Assembly: GCF_006345805.1 (NCBI RefSeq)
Contig: NW_021824041.1
Location: 1-22,372, forward strand
Direction of reading: 5' to 3'
Length of the DNA stretch: 22,372 nt
DNA from: Octopus sinensis
Taxonomy: Eukaryota
In this document: piece after piece, positions 20,841-22,372 of the stretch
How positions within the stretch are numbered: position 1 is the first letter of the stretch
Layout of the letters: each line of letters opens with the position of its first letter
Made by a program: the position numbers and the translations under genes
Notes under the pieces: model-generated
Told to the model about the DNA's origin: nothing
The model's database searches: none
The model's input: the letters and a program-made list of their open reading frames with translations, nothing else

Positions 20841-22372
20841 TTAGGGTTGGTTAGGGTTAGGTTTTAGGGTTAGGTTTTACGGTTAGGGTTATGGTCAGGT
20901 TTTAGAATTAGGTTTTAGGGTTAGTGTTAGGGTTAGGTTTTAGGGTTAGGGTCAGGTTTAGGGTTAGGTTTTAGTGTTACGTTTTAGGGTTAGGGCTCGG
21001 TTTCAGGGTTAGGTTTAGAGTTGTTTTAGGGTTAGGTTTTAGGGGAGTTTTGGTGTTTTAGGTTAGATTTTAAGTTAGGTTTTAGGGTTAGGGTTAGGGG
21101 TTATGGTTAGGGTTTATAGGATTTAAGTCAGGTTTTAGGACTAGGTTTTAGGGTTAGGTTTTAGGGTTAGGTTTTTAGGGTTGGGTAGTGTTTAGGGGTC
21201 GAGTTTAGGGTTGGGTTTTAGGGTAAGGGGTTAGAGTAAGGTTTTAGGTTTAGGTTTACGTTTTGTTTTAGGGTTAGTGTTTCGTTTAGTGGTGAGGTTT
21301 AGTTAGGTTTTAGGGTTGGTTTAGTGTTTTAGGGTTAGTTTCTAGGTTTAGGTTTTAGGGTTAGGGGTTAGGGTTCGGTTTTAGGGTTAGGGTGTGGGTC
21401 AGGTTTAGGTTTTAGTGTTAGGGTTACGTTTATGGATTTGGTTTTAGGGTTTGGTTTTAGTGTTAGGGTTTAGGATTTAGGGCTAGGTTTTAGGGTTAGG
21501 TTTTAGGCTTAGTGTTAGGCTTTAGGGTTAGGTCTTAGGGTCAGGTTTTAGCGTTAGGTTTTAGGGCTAGGGTTAGGTGTTAGGGTTAGGGTTAGTTTTT
21601 AAGGTTAGTGTTAGTTTTAGGGTTTGGTTTTAGGGTTAGGTTTTGGGGTTTAGTTTTAGGGTAGGTTTTAGGGTTTGGTTTTAAGGGTTAGGTTTTAGGG
21701 TTAGGTTGGGTTTTAGGGTTAGGATTAGGTTTTAGGGTTAGGGTTACGTTTCAGGGTTAGGTTTTAGGGCTAGGTTAGGTGTTAGGGTTAGGTTTTAGGT
21801 TTAGGTTTTAGTGTTAGGGTTGGGTTAGGTTTAGGGTTAGGGTTAGGGTTAGGTTTTAGGGTTAGTGTTAGTTTTAGGGTTTGGTTTTAGGGTTAGGTTT
21901 TTGTGTTTAGTTTTAGGTTAGGTTTTATGGTTAGGTTTTAGGGTTAGGTTTTAGGTTCAGGGTTAGAGGTTAGGGTTACGTTTTAGGGTTAAGGTTTAGG
22001 ATTTAGGGTCAGGTTTTAAGGTTAGGTTTTAGGGCTAGGTTTTAGGGTTAGGTTTTTGGGTTAGGGTTTGGCTTTAGGGTTAGGTTCTAGGGTTAGCTTT
22101 CAGGGTTACGTTTTTGGATTAGATTTTTGGTTGGTTTTAGGTTTAGGTTTCAGTGCTAGGTTTTAGTGTTTGGGTTTACAGTTAGGGTTGAGGGTTACGG
22201 TTAGTTTTTAAAATTCGGTTTTAGGGTTGGGTTTTAGTGTTAGGGTTATATTTAGGGTCCGGTTTTAGGGTTTTGGTTAGGTTATAGAGTTTGATTTTTT
22301 GGTTTGGTTTTAGGCTGAGATTTTAGGTTTAGGTTTTAGGGTTTGGGTTAGTGATTAGGGGTTAGGGTTAGG

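Larger units (their letters stand above)
18791..21395 (+). repeat. ~1.25 kb near-identical tandem duplication
   Basis: CAGCTG 18821/20068, GCATC 19059/20305, GCTCG 19695/20995. Both copies share the private variant AGTGTCTAAGG, where the copy near 15225 has AGGGTCTAAGG. Confidence 0.9.
1..22372 (+). repeat. Degenerate telomere-like tandem satellite; dominant unit TTAGGTTTTAGGG (13 bp) interspersed with TTAGGG, TTTAGGG and variants
   Basis: Every line consists of T(2-4)AG(2-4) words. C is very rare (typically 0-4 per 60 nt). No CCCTAA-type inverted segment and no unique sequence seen anywhere. Confidence 0.97.
9240..22372 (+). repeat. Higher-order repeat domain: rearranged copies of an inferred ~3.2-3.5 kb unit
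   Basis: Recurring ordered landmarks. TCTAGAATT: 9454, 12468, 14004, 16425. CAGTGATT: 9518, 14537, 16946, 17995. CAGGATGT: 10244, 17467, 18538. CAGCTG: 10492, 14985, 17749, 18821, 20068. GCATC: 10754, 15249, 19059, 20305. GCTCG: 11382, 12866, 15705, 19695, 20995. ACCG: 11572, 13070, 15931, 19925. TTTACAG (ACAG position): 14270, 16692, 22178. Confidence 0.85.

Noticed and set aside
1-22372. Protein-coding ORFs on either strand
   Set aside because: TAG on + and TAA on - occur twice per 13-mer and rotate through all frames. A TAA/TAG-reassigned code would open frames, but the products would be low-complexity repeats with no supporting evidence.
1-22372. Functional terminal telomerase-synthesised telomere
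   Set aside because: The array is heavily degenerate, perfect TTAGGG runs reach only about 4 copies, kb-scale variant patterns are duplicated, and there is no gradient to pure repeat at either end of the window.
1-22372. Taxonomic assignment from motif (e.g. Plasmodium TT(T/C)AGGG, plant TTTAGGG, insect TTAGG, algal TTTTAGGG)
   Set aside because: All these words co-occur as single-step variants of one another, so none is diagnostic.
1-22372. Telomere-targeting retroelement insertion (SART/TRAS or HeT-A type) or telomere fusion site
   Set aside because: No unique sequence, poly(A) tail, ORF or inverted repeat block is present.
1-22372. Apparent abundance of CpG among the rare C bases (GCG, ACG, TCG variants) as a methylation signal
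   Set aside because: The strand is so G-rich that a C is often followed by G by chance. An observed/expected count, which I cannot run, would be needed.

Overview
The whole 22.4 kb window is one uninterrupted, single-orientation, degenerate telomere-like satellite, with the G/T-rich strand on +. I see no genes, RNA genes, transposon ORFs or CRISPR arrays: TAG (+ strand) and TAA (- strand) recur every few bases and fall in all frames. The commonest unit is a 13-mer, TTAGG-TTTTAGGG, mixed with TTAGGG, TTTAGGG and single-base variants. Rare variant words used as landmarks reveal a hierarchy. A left domain (~1-9.2 kb) carries an ~80 bp cassette recurring roughly every 0.3-0.55 kb or at longer gaps, plus diverged ~1, ~2 and ~2.3-2.5 kb duplications. 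A right domain (~9.2-22.4 kb) is built from an inferred ~3.2-3.5 kb higher-order unit, rearranged by deletions and by ~1.5, ~1.07 and ~1.25 kb tandem duplications. Two duplication junctions can be mapped to short homologies. This fits a recombination-maintained subtelomeric or interstitial telomeric-like satellite rather than a fresh telomerase tract. The organism cannot be determined. All coordinates were read by eye, block edges are approximate, and assembly or read errors may contribute. I found no evidence of a novel gene-encoded system.
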